In this document: one piece after another, positions 1-10,880 of the stretch
How positions within the stretch are numbered: the first letter of the stretch is position 1
Layout: every line of letters begins with the position of its first letter
Position numbers and translations under genes: made by a program
Notes under the pieces: model-generated
Databases searched by the model: none
The model's input: the letters and a program-made list of their open reading frames with translations, nothing else
What the model was told of the DNA's origin: nothing
Origin: Thermoplasmata archaeon
GTDB lineage: Archaea; Thermoplasmatota; Thermoplasmata; Thermoplasmatales; GCA-001856825
Length of the DNA: 64,000 nt
Direction of reading: 5' to 3'
Assembly (NCBI GenBank): GCA_021792255.1
Contig: JAJYUZ010000004.1
Span: 64,001 to 128,000, forward strand

Positions 1-40
1 TCAAACTAATGACAAAGAATTTGTACCTCTTTCTGAATGA

Positions 41-982
41 TTGATAGTGAGATTCTTAACAGTTTTGCCTGAATTTATTCCATCTTCTTCCGTGAGAGAA
101 ACTATCAACCAAATTTTGCCAGAGATGGAAATTGTCAACGGCTTGAACTTTGAAAAAAATGAAGCGGACGTTCTTGTGGCGACGACTTTCACGAGGCTGG
201 GAAAAGAAGAATTGAGGAAATTTCCAAACCTAAAATATCTACAAATTGCTAGTACAGGATACGACAACGTCGATCTATCATATCTGAAAGAGAAGGGTAT
301 AATGATTTGCAACGTTCCTGTGGCAAACAAACAAAGCGTTGCTGAACACGTCATAGCTTTTATGCTGATATTTTTGAAAGATATGCTCTTTCTGAACGCC
401 GAGCTGAAGGAGAGAAAAAGTTGGCCTATTCTTACTGGTTCGAGGGACCTCGAAGGAAAGATGGTGGGGATACTCGGAATGGGAATGATAGGTACTCAAC
501 TTGCGAGGAGACTCATTGCGTTCGGGCCTTCTCTTCTCTATTACGACCCGAGGAGGCTAAGTCTAGAAGATGAGGAAAAGTATGGCCTTAACTACGTTTC
601 ATTCGAAGACCTGCTATCAAACTCTGACATAATTTCAGTTCACATGCCGTTGACACCTGCTACTAGTGGCATGTTCAACGAAGATACATTCTCCAAGATG
701 AAAGACGGAGCGATATTTATTAACACTTCAAGAGGAGAAATTGTGGTCGAAAAGGCTTTAATAAGTGCAGTAAAAAAGAAAGGAATAAAGGCTGGAATAG
801 ACGTATATGTCAAAGAACCTCCCGATTTTGATTCCGAACTCTTCAAGCTTGATAATGTGATTTGCTCCCCTCATATCGCAGGCGTGACTGCAGAAAGCCA
901 GCAGAGATTTCTGACTGAAACGATTTCAAATGTACTCAGATATGCGCAGGGTATCGATCCGCTTTACAGGGTGGAACTTTGA
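41..982 (+). CDS. D-isomer-specific 2-hydroxyacid dehydrogenase (NAD-binding)
   Basis: GYDNVD, GILGMGMIG Rossmann motif, INTSRG, DVY..EP, PHIAG motifs. Confidence 0.9.
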   Translation: MIVRFLTVLPEFIPSSSVRETINQILPEMEIVNGLNFEKNEADVLVATTFTRLGKEELRKFPNLKYLQIASTGYDNVDLSYLKEKGIMICNVPVANKQSVAEHVIAFMLIFLKDMLFLNAELKERKSWPILTGSRDLEGKMVGILGMGMIGTQLARRLIAFGPSLLYYDPRRLSLEDEEKYGLNYVSFEDLLSNSDIISVHMPLTPATSGMFNEDTFSKMKDGAIFINTSRGEIVVEKALISAVKKKGIKAGIDVYVKEPPDFDSELFKLDNVICSPHIAGVTAESQQRFLTETISNVLRYAQGIDPLYRVEL

Positions 983-2520
983 AAGGTTACGAGACATTCG
1001 CAGATGTCATAAACAGACTTGACCTGCTACCGATATTTGGGAACCCAGGAACGACCGAGCTTAACTCGCTTAAGGCAGTGGATGACTATGTACTAACGCA
1101 GTTTGATGGTCTAGCCGTGGGAATGGCCGATGGTCTCTCTCAATTCTCTTTTCAGCCGCATTTGGTGAACCTGCACACTATACTCGGACTCGGTAACTCG
1201 ATGGCGTACATATACACAGCGAGGATGAACTATTCTCCGGTTATAATAACCGCAGGTCAGCAGGATTTAAGACACATGTCAATGGAGCCGCTGTTATCAG
1301 GTGATCTCCTTGGCTTTATAGGAAATAATGTGAAATTTAAGTACGAGCTAAAGAGTGCATCGGAGATTCCTTCCGTTCTAAGGAGGGCAAAAGTCGAAGC
1401 ACTGACTCCACCAATCGGTCCAGTTTTCGTTTCCATTCCCATGAACGTAATGGATGAGGACTCGTCGTACAGACCACCAGAACCAACCAAAAGAAGTTAC
1501 GAAACGTCGAATGAAGACGCAGTGAATGCGGTCTCGAACCTCCTCAATGAGTCAAGAAATCCTGCGTTGGTATTTGGATGGGAAATAGATCTGTTCGGCG
1601 CGTTCGCAGAAGCTGAGAAAGTCGCTGAAAAATTGGGTTGCCCAGTCTACGGTGAACCGCTCGCTCATCGTTCACCATTTAATTCCACAAGCAAGATGTT
1701 TGGAGGCAACCTGCTTCCTGGGACCACACTAATAAATCTCAAACTGCTCCAGAACGACCTGGTCGTCTTCATAGGAGGAGATGTGACACTTTATCCCTAT
1801 CTCCCTTCCCCACTTCTCGAAGGGAAGAAGGTAGTCTTCGTTGGACTCAACATCAATCCGAAATTCGGTGACTTCTACAGAGCTAACGTGAAGTCATTTC
1901 TTGGTGAACTGGTCGGTAAGATAAGCAAGAAAGGCAATTTCTCGAGGCCAAGTGATTTTCAGATATCCACTAGGATTGCGAACGAAAAGGAAAAGATGGG
2001 TGTCACTTTCGTGATGAGCAGGGTAAAGAAATTGTTCTCGGACTACGTAATAGTCGATGAGGCGATTTCCTCCTCCACTATACTAAGAGATGTACTGGGT
2101 TATTCACCCGGAAGGTACTTCTTTTCCAAGAGTGGTCAACTAGGTTGGGGTTCTCCAGCGGCATCTGGAATTTCAATGAAGACAGAGAAGGTACTAGCTA
2201 TAGTTGGAGAGGGTTCATTCATGTATTCTCTTCAAATCCTCTGGACAGTCCAAAAGTACAACCTTCCTGTCAAATTCCTGATACTGAGAAATGGAGGCTA
2301 TTCCATTCTGAAAAGCTATTCGCTGAGCTATACGCCGGGCATGGAAAAGAAGGACTATTTGAGTTTCGACTTGCCAACTGAGAAATTTGCAGAATCGTTC
2401 AAAATTGAATCTATGGTTGCGGGAAAGGAACTCGACGAGCTAAAATGGTTGAGAGAAGGGAACGATTCAAAGCTCCTAGTGGTGGACGTCGACAGGACGA
2501 TTCCTAAACTGTTCCTATGA
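979..2520 (+). CDS. Thiamine-pyrophosphate-dependent decarboxylase, benzoylformate decarboxylase-like
   Basis: FGNPGTTEL, GMADG, NLHT..GLGN, TAGQQ motifs; TPP motif GEGSFMY...NGGY; overlaps upstream stop. Confidence 0.8.
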   Translation: MKGYETFADVINRLDLLPIFGNPGTTELNSLKAVDDYVLTQFDGLAVGMADGLSQFSFQPHLVNLHTILGLGNSMAYIYTARMNYSPVIITAGQQDLRHMSMEPLLSGDLLGFIGNNVKFKYELKSASEIPSVLRRAKVEALTPPIGPVFVSIPMNVMDEDSSYRPPEPTKRSYETSNEDAVNAVSNLLNESRNPALVFGWEIDLFGAFAEAEKVAEKLGCPVYGEPLAHRSPFNSTSKMFGGNLLPGTTLINLKLLQNDLVVFIGGDVTLYPYLPSPLLEGKKVVFVGLNINPKFGDFYRANVKSFLGELVGKISKKGNFSRPSDFQISTRIANEKEKMGVTFVMSRVKKLFSDYVIVDEAISSSTILRDVLGYSPGRYFFSKSGQLGWGSPAASGISMKTEKVLAIVGEGSFMYSLQILWTVQKYNLPVKFLILRNGGYSILKSYSLSYTPGMEKKDYLSFDLPTEKFAESFKIESMVAGKELDELKWLREGNDSKLLVVDVDRTIPKLFL

Positions 2521-4260
2521 AGTCCAGTTTCTGATCTTCCTGTATTTAGTCATCAGGGAGTTCATCTCATCATCACTCGTTTCACTATCTTCCGGCTCGC
2601 CTTCTATCTTTCTTCTTACCATTTTCGGAAGGTAATCGTCTTCAGCCTTGAGCCCAAACTTCTCATTTAATCTCCTCTTCTCTTGAATAATATTACTTCC
2701 GATCCGCATCATTTCCTCGATCGTATAGTCAAATCCGGTGGAGAGATTCAGGGCTTCAACAACGTCATCTGGACTGATCTTTGCGTACGTACAAATGATA
2801 GCGGAGTTGTAAATTTGTCTATAGTTTTGAGCATTAGCCAAGGTTTGGACTCTCTCTTCTGTGTTTACGATCCATCTGTCTCCGCTCACTATTCCGATCT
2901 GACGATCATCAACTCCCATATCTACCTCAAATATTTCCGCTTGGAGGTGATCCGCCCCTCTCGAAGATGTTGCATAACCAATTCCCTGAAGCTTGAATGC
3001 CCTTGGGTCATGCATGGGTATCTCCATTTTCTTCACAGTGGCGATCTCATCCCTGGGAATTCCTCTTGAAAGTGCAAACCTTTCAAGACCTTTTTTGAGC
3101 GATTCCCCCGCACCTCTAGATTCCGCAATGTCCTCAATTAGTTGCCCGACTCTTTTGAATCCGTCGCCGAAATACCACTTTATCGATGAATCGGTTATCT
3201 TTCCTTCTTTTACAAAGTGATTTAGGGCTGAGATTATTACGCCGGCACTGATAGTATCCATTCCCTTATCGTTTAGCAGATCGTTCCATTCCAGTATGAG
3301 GTCGAAGTCCGTATTTCCAAGCAGGGGGCCGAAGCTTGCGACGGTTTCATATTCGGGACCATCTATCTTTCTGCTGTCTTTCGTTACAGTCCTCCCGCAT
3401 CCTATAACACAATTCGCACAGTGATAGCTCGTCACACTATACACGTCGTGAAATTTCATGGAACTCAAAGAATCATAATCAAAATTGTGATCGCTGAAAT
3501 AGTGGGCTGGGATGTCCCCCATTCCCTGGCCCATATCCATCCAGATCATACTCCCATTGCTCTTCAATCCCTGCGTAAGGGGAGATTCGATCAGATATTT
3601 GGACACTTTTCTAACAAGTTCAAAGTATTTCTTCCTGTCATGAATCGGGACCTGCAGATTTCCCTTTACTACAATCGCTTTAAGATTCTTCGAACCCATT
3701 ACAGCGCCTAATCCAGTCCTGCCAGCCGCTCTTCCTTCGTCATTCATTATTGACGAGAAAAGGACTCTGTTTTCACCAGCTCTACCGATTCCCATCACGC
3801 TATATTTTTTCTCTTTTGTGAGATCTTCTCTAAGAGCGTAGAAATCTTTTCCCCACAAATCCGGTCTCTTTTCAATTTTGACTAACTCGTCAATTTTGAT
3901 TACCTTTGGGGTGTCTGCTCTGCCTTTAATGATTAGACCATCGTAACCCGCCTTTTTGAGTTCATTCCCAAAAAACCCTCCCGAGTTAGCTTCAGCCAAA
4001 AATCCAGTTTGCGGACTCCTAGAGACTATCTCGTGTCGCCCGCTGTTTGGGAAAGGAGTGCCGGTGAGTGGACCAGTCGTCAAGATTAGTAGATTGTCAG
4101 GAGAGAATGGCTCCTGAGAACCGCCAATTTTATTATAAAGTCTTTGTCCGATACCGACTCCGCCCATCCAGTTTCTCCAATCCTCTTCTGACAGAGACTC
4201 GGTCCAGACATCATCTGAGGATAGGTTGACAAATAGAAACCTGTTCCAGTTTCCTTCCAT
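2515..4260 (-). CDS. Aldehyde:ferredoxin oxidoreductase family (W/Mo-pterin)
   Basis: SPQTG, GRAAGRTGLGAVMGSKNLKAI, CxxCxxxC, EYET, DxIS, HDPR motifs. Confidence 0.92.
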   Translation of the reverse strand: MEGNWNRFLFVNLSSDDVWTESLSEEDWRNWMGGVGIGQRLYNKIGGSQEPFSPDNLLILTTGPLTGTPFPNSGRHEIVSRSPQTGFLAEANSGGFFGNELKKAGYDGLIIKGRADTPKVIKIDELVKIEKRPDLWGKDFYALREDLTKEKKYSVMGIGRAGENRVLFSSIMNDEGRAAGRTGLGAVMGSKNLKAIVVKGNLQVPIHDRKKYFELVRKVSKYLIESPLTQGLKSNGSMIWMDMGQGMGDIPAHYFSDHNFDYDSLSSMKFHDVYSVTSYHCANCVIGCGRTVTKDSRKIDGPEYETVASFGPLLGNTDFDLILEWNDLLNDKGMDTISAGVIISALNHFVKEGKITDSSIKWYFGDGFKRVGQLIEDIAESRGAGESLKKGLERFALSRGIPRDEIATVKKMEIPMHDPRAFKLQGIGYATSSRGADHLQAEIFEVDMGVDDRQIGIVSGDRWIVNTEERVQTLANAQNYRQIYNSAIICTYAKISPDDVVEALNLSTGFDYTIEEMMRIGSNIIQEKRRLNEKFGLKAEDDYLPKMVRRKIEGEPEDSETSDDEMNSLMTKYRKIRNWTS

Positions 4261-4359
4261 TTTGGTACTATATGAAATGCAGAGATAATATATGTTTGTA
4301 GCTGAGTCGGTGTTTGAATTCCGGCTATCTAGCGGGTTTCAGATGAAGAATTCTATTGG

Positions 4360-4370
4360 AAATATATAAG
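4360..4370 (+). promoter_or_regulatory. Archaeal TATA box of MFS gene (probably a leaderless mRNA)
   Basis: aaatatataag about 25 nt upstream of the ATG at 4394; no SD motif. Confidence 0.5.
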
Positions 4371-4393
4371 TAACCCTCACAGCATACTAATCT

Positions 4394-5680
4394 ATGCAAC
4401 AGCAGCCAGAAAATCTGGCGCCAAGCAACAGAAGATGGCTTGTTCTTGTTGGGTACATGCTAATATCCATGTCGTCTCAGATCATCTGGCTAAATTTTGC
4501 CGGGATCGTTTCACCTCAAATGGAAAACATTTTCAATGTGGGTCTAGGACCAATCAGTCTCATGTCAGGTCTCTGGCCACTAGTGTTCATTCCTATTTCG
4601 ATTCCTACAGGCCTCATGGTCGACAGGTGGGGATTCAAGAAAGTCGTTTCCATAGGTGGAGGAATATTGGTAGTGTTTTCGTGGCTGAGGTTACTTAGCG
4701 GTGGGAGTTTTGAGCTGTTGTTCGTGTTTCAAAGCTTGGCTTCGGTGGGACAGCCATTCGTATATAATGGAATTTCTAAGCTCGCAGGAAACTGGTTCCC
4801 GGAGGGAGAACAAGCTCTTGCAAACGGAATTGCTACCATGGGTCAGATAATTGGTATGATCATTGCGCTTGTGCTTGTCCCCATAATGGTTCCTAGTGCC
4901 AGCTTTGCTCTCCTGCAAACCAACATGGTCGTGGTATCCCTCATCGTCACAATATCGGTTGTATTCTTCCTCGTCTTTTCAAAAGAAAATCCGGGCACTA
5001 TGGTTGTCAGTCCCGTGGTTCAGGAGAAGGTCAGTTTTCAGATTAGACATCTACTCAAGATGAAGAACATGATCCTTCTTATGATTCTCTTCTTGATCGG
5101 GGTAGGAATATTCAGTGGTCTGATACAGTGGGTGGAGGCAATTCTGTTTTCAAAAGGAATCTCTTCCCTTTACGGCGGCCTCATCGGAGCAGGAATGCTA
5201 ATTAGTGGTATCTTTGGGATGGTGATCATACCTCTACTCGCCGATAAGTATTCGAAACTGAAACAGGTGGTGATAGTGAATGCTTTACTGGTTGCAGTAC
5301 TTCTGTTCCTATTCAGTCTCAGGGTAAATCTACTGTACTACGCAATAATAGGAATCATTCTTGGATTCACTCTGCTCTCTCTGGCTCCGGTCGTCCTTCA
5401 GATATCTCTAGAGACTGCTGGAAAGGAACGAGCAGGGACTGCTGCGAGTGTCATCTGGCTGACATCTCAGGTGGGAGCGTTATTCTTCATCCTAATCATG
5501 CCTGCTCTCAACACCTTCCAGCTGAGCATGAACATCCTGGTCTCTGATCAGTGGTTCATAGCACTCGTATTCTCCGGAATCACGATGCTGGTGGCGGTGT
5601 TACTAGGTGCCATGTTAAATGACACCAGAAAAGGAAAGAGCATCAGACAAGGATCAGAGTCCCCGAAATCTAACTCTTAA
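4394..5680 (+). CDS. MFS transporter
   Basis: About 12 hydrophobic segments; motif A GLMVDRWGFK; WFPxxE motif. Confidence 0.9.
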   Translation: MQQQPENLAPSNRRWLVLVGYMLISMSSQIIWLNFAGIVSPQMENIFNVGLGPISLMSGLWPLVFIPISIPTGLMVDRWGFKKVVSIGGGILVVFSWLRLLSGGSFELLFVFQSLASVGQPFVYNGISKLAGNWFPEGEQALANGIATMGQIIGMIIALVLVPIMVPSASFALLQTNMVVVSLIVTISVVFFLVFSKENPGTMVVSPVVQEKVSFQIRHLLKMKNMILLMILFLIGVGIFSGLIQWVEAILFSKGISSLYGGLIGAGMLISGIFGMVIIPLLADKYSKLKQVVIVNALLVAVLLFLFSLRVNLLYYAIIGIILGFTLLSLAPVVLQISLETAGKERAGTAASVIWLTSQVGALFFILIMPALNTFQLSMNILVSDQWFIALVFSGITMLVAVLLGAMLNDTRKGKSIRQGSESPKSNS

Positions 5681-5697
5681 TTATCTCCTTGGAGGTC

Positions 5698-7242
5698 TCA
5701 AGTCGAGTTGCTTTGTCTCAAACTCTTTCTGTTGTTTCGGTAGTAGTCGATGAACTGATGGAATTCTCTTTCGTATAAAGAATTCTCTTCCATGTCTGGT
5801 AGATGATCCACAAAAGGCGCTCCCAGGTCAGAAAGATCGGAAAACTTCAATTTATCTAATCCCACAGCCGAGATCATAGCTGCGCCATTCACGGTCGAGA
5901 ATCTCTGATCACTGACCACCCTTATCTTTCTACCGAGCACGTTCGCAAATATCGTCGCCCTAAGGGAAGACAATGCACCTCCGCCGCTCATGTACAATTC
6001 TTCTATCCTCTTTCCAGTGAATTTTTCGACCGTGTTCAGGAGCCACTTAGAGTTAAGCGCAACTCCTTCCATTGTCGACCTAACGACGTCGGCCTTGTTG
6101 TTTTCCAAGGAAAGATTATAGAAACCTCCTCTGACATATGGATCTTCGATCGGGGCCCTTTCTCCGAACAACCAAGGAAGAAACATAAGGCCCCTAGAAC
6201 CAGGCTCTGACTTAGAGACCAGGTCATCGATGACGGAATACTTATCTTCCCCTGTAATGTTTAAGAGATCTGAGACGAAGTCCATGCTATTACACGCACT
6301 TTCTTGCTCTGCTGCAACGAAGTATTTACCAGTAATTCCGCTTGGAAGGGATGCAACATTATGGAATATGTCAGTTTTTTTGAAAGATACGTGAGAGGTT
6401 ATCCACGATGAGGTACCCAAATAGATGAGAGATTTGTAATCCTCAATGCACCCTGCTCCTATCAATGAACAGGCGACGTCTCCGCAACCCGAAACCACTT
6501 TCACACCTTTCACCCCGAGCTTGGATTCCACCTCTTCCTTCAACGATCCAACCAAATCAGTAGGCTTGATCACTTGAGGAAGTTTTTCCTTTAAAATCCC
6601 AGACATCCTCAGCAATCCGTCGTCGTAGGTCACGTTCCACGGATCTCTGTTGTCCGTCGACCAAAGCAGGGTCAGATTGTCCCAGGAGGCCTTGAAATTT
6701 CCGGTCAGTTTTGCAGCAATGTAATCTTTTGGTTCCAAGAACTTGTACGTCTTTTCATAGATGTCGGGGAGGTTGTGCTTTATGTATAATATATGGGCGA
6801 GAGAATCCTTTCCCGAATGGGCTGGTGCGCCTCCCGTTTTTCTCAACCATTTGATCAGCTTGTCGAGCCTGTATCCAGAAATCGAGGGAAAGCCAGATGT
6901 CAGTTTGCTGATTTCATCGCTACCTCGTGTATCCATCCAAATGATTGCATTGCTGATTGCATCACCGTTTCTGTCCACCGGGACTGTTCCGGACCACTGT
7001 CCCGTCAACCCAATTCCCTTTATCTCTAAGCCGTCAGATTCAGCGACTATTTCTTCCATTCCATCCATCACAGAATTATACCACTCTGCCGGGTTCTGCT
7101 CAGCCTCTCCTCCATTTCCTATTTTAAGGCCGTACTTTCTGGTTACTCTCCCCCTAGTCACCCTTTCCTCGTCGACGAGGGAGATCTTCACAGAAGATGT
7201 TCCGAGATCAATTCCTATAAAAGCATCTTTCATTTTCAACAC
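5698..7242 (-). CDS. FGGY-family carbohydrate kinase (xylulokinase-like)
   Basis: IGIDLGTSSVK, WMDTR, GTS, FLPWLFGERAP, EGVA, SGGGA motifs. Confidence 0.88.
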   Translation of the reverse strand: MLKMKDAFIGIDLGTSSVKISLVDEERVTRGRVTRKYGLKIGNGGEAEQNPAEWYNSVMDGMEEIVAESDGLEIKGIGLTGQWSGTVPVDRNGDAISNAIIWMDTRGSDEISKLTSGFPSISGYRLDKLIKWLRKTGGAPAHSGKDSLAHILYIKHNLPDIYEKTYKFLEPKDYIAAKLTGNFKASWDNLTLLWSTDNRDPWNVTYDDGLLRMSGILKEKLPQVIKPTDLVGSLKEEVESKLGVKGVKVVSGCGDVACSLIGAGCIEDYKSLIYLGTSSWITSHVSFKKTDIFHNVASLPSGITGKYFVAAEQESACNSMDFVSDLLNITGEDKYSVIDDLVSKSEPGSRGLMFLPWLFGERAPIEDPYVRGGFYNLSLENNKADVVRSTMEGVALNSKWLLNTVEKFTGKRIEELYMSGGGALSSLRATIFANVLGRKIRVVSDQRFSTVNGAAMISAVGLDKLKFSDLSDLGAPFVDHLPDMEENSLYEREFHQFIDYYRNNRKSLRQSNST

Positions 7243-7250
7243 TACCCTGT

Positions 7251-8645
7251 CTAATGGCTATAAAGCCATTCAACGACACTCTTCAAGAAGACGTCAGTAG
7301 ATTCCTTCGGCAACACAGAAGCCATCCCATAGATCGGTGCCATCGATGAGGCCTTGACGCTCCCTTTCTTCACCGAGTCCACTGCACCGCTAAGGTCTAT
7401 GACAAATTTCTCCTTAACATCTTCTAAGGTATGCCTGTGAGTAAGAGCAATATGGAATCCTGCAGGATTTGAGAGTCCGTTCAGCATCCATCCCCTCTTC
7501 GACATAGCCTCCCAGACCAGATAAGGGTCGAATTCCCCAGATGATATTGCTATTACCCAGAGCGGATTTCCAATGTACTTGAGTCCTGGAATCTTTTCAA
7601 TAGATTTCTTGATGTAGTCCCCTGCGTCAAGTATCTTCTTTGCTTCTTGAGTGTAACCATTCCTACCCATCAACAGCATGGCGGCCCAAGCAGCCACGAT
7701 AGGGTATCCCGGTCTGCTTCCCAAAAGAGTGGGGGTGAAATATATGCCTCCTTGCCAGGAAGCTGTAGCGTAGATCTGATTTTGGAAATAATCGCCATTC
7801 CTGTACAACACTACAGACGTTCCTTTCGGGGCGTAACCGTACTTATGAGTATCCATCGAAATCGAGGTCACACCGCTGACGGAGAAATCGAAGTCTGGAA
7901 AATCGTAACCAGCATCCCTCACAAACGGATCCATAAATCCTCCCAGACAGGCGTCGACGTGCATCCCTATCTTCTTATCTTCTGCGACTTCCGCCAGTTC
8001 CTCAATCGGATCGAATGTACCGAACGGGAAATTGGGCATAGATCCTACTATTGCGACAGTGTTTCCACTCATCAGTTCCTTTACCATGGCAACGTCTGCT
8101 CTATAATTCTCATCCAGTCCGACTATGACTGGCTTGATAGAGAAATACTCGCACGCTTTCAGAAAGGATGGATGAGCGGTTGATGGCAGAACTATCTCAG
8201 GTTCCGTTATTCCTCTCTTTTTCCTGAAGAAATCCCTGTAGGTCTTCATTGCAAGCAGTATGCTCTCCGTCCCGCCAGATGAAACGGCACCTCTCACACC
8301 ATCGTCACCGTGCATCAGCGATGACGACATGCTGACTATTTCTCTCTCGAATTTCGGAATACTGGGCCAAACATCTGGGTGTAGAGCATTTGTCTGTGAT
8401 ACAAGATGGTATAGTTTCTCGTAGAAAGAAAGTAACGGTTCATCACCATAATAAACTGCCCCTGAAACCTTTCCCTCTTTCCAGGATTGGCTTTCCTTCT
8501 TTGCAAAGCCTGATAAGGTATTTAGCAAGAAATCCTCCCCTAAGCCCTTATCCGGCATCCTGACAAAATTTGATTCGGGTGAGTCGTATGGTTTTAGATC
8601 TTTCTGCAATTCATTTAACACGGAACCAAAATCTATTCCGTTCAT
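7251..8645 (-). CDS. PLP-dependent group II enzyme, sphingosine-1-phosphate lyase-like
   Basis: GKVSGAVY, SGGTESILLA, HVDACLGGF, SISMDTHKYGYAPKG (PLP lysine), GSRPG, APIYG motifs. Confidence 0.85.
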   Translation of the reverse strand: MNGIDFGSVLNELQKDLKPYDSPESNFVRMPDKGLGEDFLLNTLSGFAKKESQSWKEGKVSGAVYYGDEPLLSFYEKLYHLVSQTNALHPDVWPSIPKFEREIVSMSSSLMHGDDGVRGAVSSGGTESILLAMKTYRDFFRKKRGITEPEIVLPSTAHPSFLKACEYFSIKPVIVGLDENYRADVAMVKELMSGNTVAIVGSMPNFPFGTFDPIEELAEVAEDKKIGMHVDACLGGFMDPFVRDAGYDFPDFDFSVSGVTSISMDTHKYGYAPKGTSVVLYRNGDYFQNQIYATASWQGGIYFTPTLLGSRPGYPIVAAWAAMLLMGRNGYTQEAKKILDAGDYIKKSIEKIPGLKYIGNPLWVIAISSGEFDPYLVWEAMSKRGWMLNGLSNPAGFHIALTHRHTLEDVKEKFVIDLSGAVDSVKKGSVKASSMAPIYGMASVLPKESTDVFLKSVVEWLYSH

Positions 8646-8774
8646 GATTTTATAATTGATTCTTCCGTATTTTAACCTTGTCTAATATGAAAATATCCTT
8701 CCCGAACACAGACAAATCTCTGATTTAGAGCGTACTGTAAACTATTATATACGAGAGAATACATATTTATTCAA

Positions 8775-10199
8775 ATGAAGAACAAAGTGCTATTTATTGC
8801 GCTCCTAATTTCTATCGTGATACTACTTCCTGCCGTAAGTGGCTCTATTTCCCAGCCGGGAGAAAGAACTCCAATAAAACACGTAATAAACATATATTTT
8901 GAAAATCATACCTTTGACAACTTCTTTGGAACTTACCCCAGAAATCCCTCTTCTTCTGGACAATCCATCATCGCTAACATTTCTAAACCTCTCAACCTTC
9001 TAAACAATTCGTCTCTATTGAACAGCTTGACACCAGTATCAGCGGGAACGTTCAGCACTCCCAATCCAGTCGAAGGTTATACTGCCTATCACTTGGATTG
9101 GAACCACGGTGCAATGAATGGTTTTACAACTGGAAGCGGTCCCTCATCTATGACATATTATACCTCGGCTCAATTGGGCCCAATTTGGGATCTGTCAGAA
9201 GAATATGGAATGGGCGATAGGTACTTCGCATCCACTATTTCTGAAAGCGCTCCAAACACTCTTTATTACCTTGCGGGATTCTCGCCGTTAATAAATGACT
9301 ATGGGCCTCCACCGTCGATTCCAATCAATGAAACTATTTTTGGTGAACTGAACCAGTATAATATCCCATGGGGCGTATACGTAAGCGGAAACTACAAGAG
9401 TTTCGATATGTCCAGCATGATACAGGGAATAGCGTCTTATTCCAGCGATATCAACAGCTGGAGTACTTTCTTACAGCAGCTGGGAAACGGAACACTTCCA
9501 TCAGTAAGTTACGTGTTTTCTCAAGGTGGGAACGGGTACGACACAGGTGCCCCAGGGAGTCTGCTAAAGGGTGAGTTGTGGCTCCTTGCATTGGTAAATG
9601 CAATTGAGGCTAGTCCGATCTGGGACAACACGGTCGTGTTCATAACTTGGGATGATCCGGGAGGATACTACGATCAGCTCTCTCCTCCAGTCGTGGCCGG
9701 ACAACAACTTGGTATGAGACTCCCATTTATCGTGGTTTCACCATTTGCGAAGGAAAACTACATTTCGAACACTGTCCTGACTCACTCATCTATTCTTGCG
9801 TTCATTGACTATAATTGGGGAATTCCGGCCTTGAACAGTTTTGTATCCGGGGTGAACATTCCGCTCGACTTCTTTGATTTCAACGTATCAAGGCCAGCCA
9901 TGACTTTTAATTTTGGAAACACCATCTCGGTCCCAACGAACCTTGATTTCAACCTTACTTCGAGTGATTCGTCATCAAACCTATCCGCCACATTTCCGCT
10001 GAGCCCTCAAATGCCATTCAGTTCTTTGCACTATGCAGCACACGGCGAGATCAATTACACTCTGTCTTCGACAGGGGCTGGTATCCTGGTAAAGAATGAC
10101 GTGACGCTGTCTCCCTTCTACGCTTCGCCATACTTGCTTCTGGTACTGATCCTAGCGTGCGTAGCAGTGGTTGAATATCTGCCAAGGAGGAAGGTGTAA
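8775..10199 (+). CDS. Secreted/membrane-anchored phosphoesterase (phospholipase C / acid phosphatase family)
   Basis: Signal peptide; PIKHVI, ENHTFDNFFG, TWDDPGGYYD, GMRLP.IVVSPFAK; C-terminal TM anchor. Confidence 0.85.
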   Translation: MKNKVLFIALLISIVILLPAVSGSISQPGERTPIKHVINIYFENHTFDNFFGTYPRNPSSSGQSIIANISKPLNLLNNSSLLNSLTPVSAGTFSTPNPVEGYTAYHLDWNHGAMNGFTTGSGPSSMTYYTSAQLGPIWDLSEEYGMGDRYFASTISESAPNTLYYLAGFSPLINDYGPPPSIPINETIFGELNQYNIPWGVYVSGNYKSFDMSSMIQGIASYSSDINSWSTFLQQLGNGTLPSVSYVFSQGGNGYDTGAPGSLLKGELWLLALVNAIEASPIWDNTVVFITWDDPGGYYDQLSPPVVAGQQLGMRLPFIVVSPFAKENYISNTVLTHSSILAFIDYNWGIPALNSFVSGVNIPLDFFDFNVSRPAMTFNFGNTISVPTNLDFNLTSSDSSSNLSATFPLSPQMPFSSLHYAAHGEINYTLSSTGAGILVKNDVTLSPFYASPYLLLVLILACVAVVEYLPRRKV

Positions 10200-10200
10200 A

Positions 10201-10770
10201 ATGACGACAGCAAGCGAAAAGAAAGGTGCAAAAACACTCTCGGGCATTATTCGGGGAGCTATTCCAGGCTCTTTGCTCACAACGGGCATTTTGCTTTCCT
10301 ATGGATACGTCAGCGGAATTATCTACAGTATAGGAGATACGAGACAACTGATACCAGTTTTTACCGGTATAATCATCGGTGCCATCGTTTTTTCTCTGAT
10401 CGGTTTTATCCTAAGACCAACACAAATAAACATTATTTCACTGACCATCTTTTCTTTGGTTCTCTTGATTGCAGCCTATGTAATCATATCTCTCAACTCG
10501 CTCGTCCTAAATAGCACCAATATGATGATTGTGGCATTTCTTATGGGTTCGCCAGCAATGGCAGTATCACAACTCGTAGGCGACAGTTCTGCTCACTATT
10601 CTTTCATAAAGAGGGTGATCTTCGGATCCGTTCAGGCTGTTCTCGTAATAGTGTTCATCTTTGTCTTTTCACTGGAGTATGAAATGCAAGGGCAGGTGAA
10701 TCTCTATTCCGGTCCGCTACTCTTCCTGGCTCTCTCACTCGCGTATCTAATAGTGTTAAAAACCGTGTGA
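10201..10770 (+). CDS. Hypothetical multi-pass membrane protein
   Basis: About 6 TM segments; ATG immediately after the phosphoesterase stop. Confidence 0.7.
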   Translation: MTTASEKKGAKTLSGIIRGAIPGSLLTTGILLSYGYVSGIIYSIGDTRQLIPVFTGIIIGAIVFSLIGFILRPTQINIISLTIFSLVLLIAAYVIISLNSLVLNSTNMMIVAFLMGSPAMAVSQLVGDSSAHYSFIKRVIFGSVQAVLVIVFIFVFSLEYEMQGQVNLYSGPLLFLALSLAYLIVLKTV

Positions 10771-10880
10771 AAAGATTTCTTGGTGCTTAAGTTGGAACAG
10801 TAAAGTCGATCTTGCTCAAATATTCCAAAAATACCACACGGGCTATCATATTGCTTTGAATAGTTAGAAGCAATCACTCG

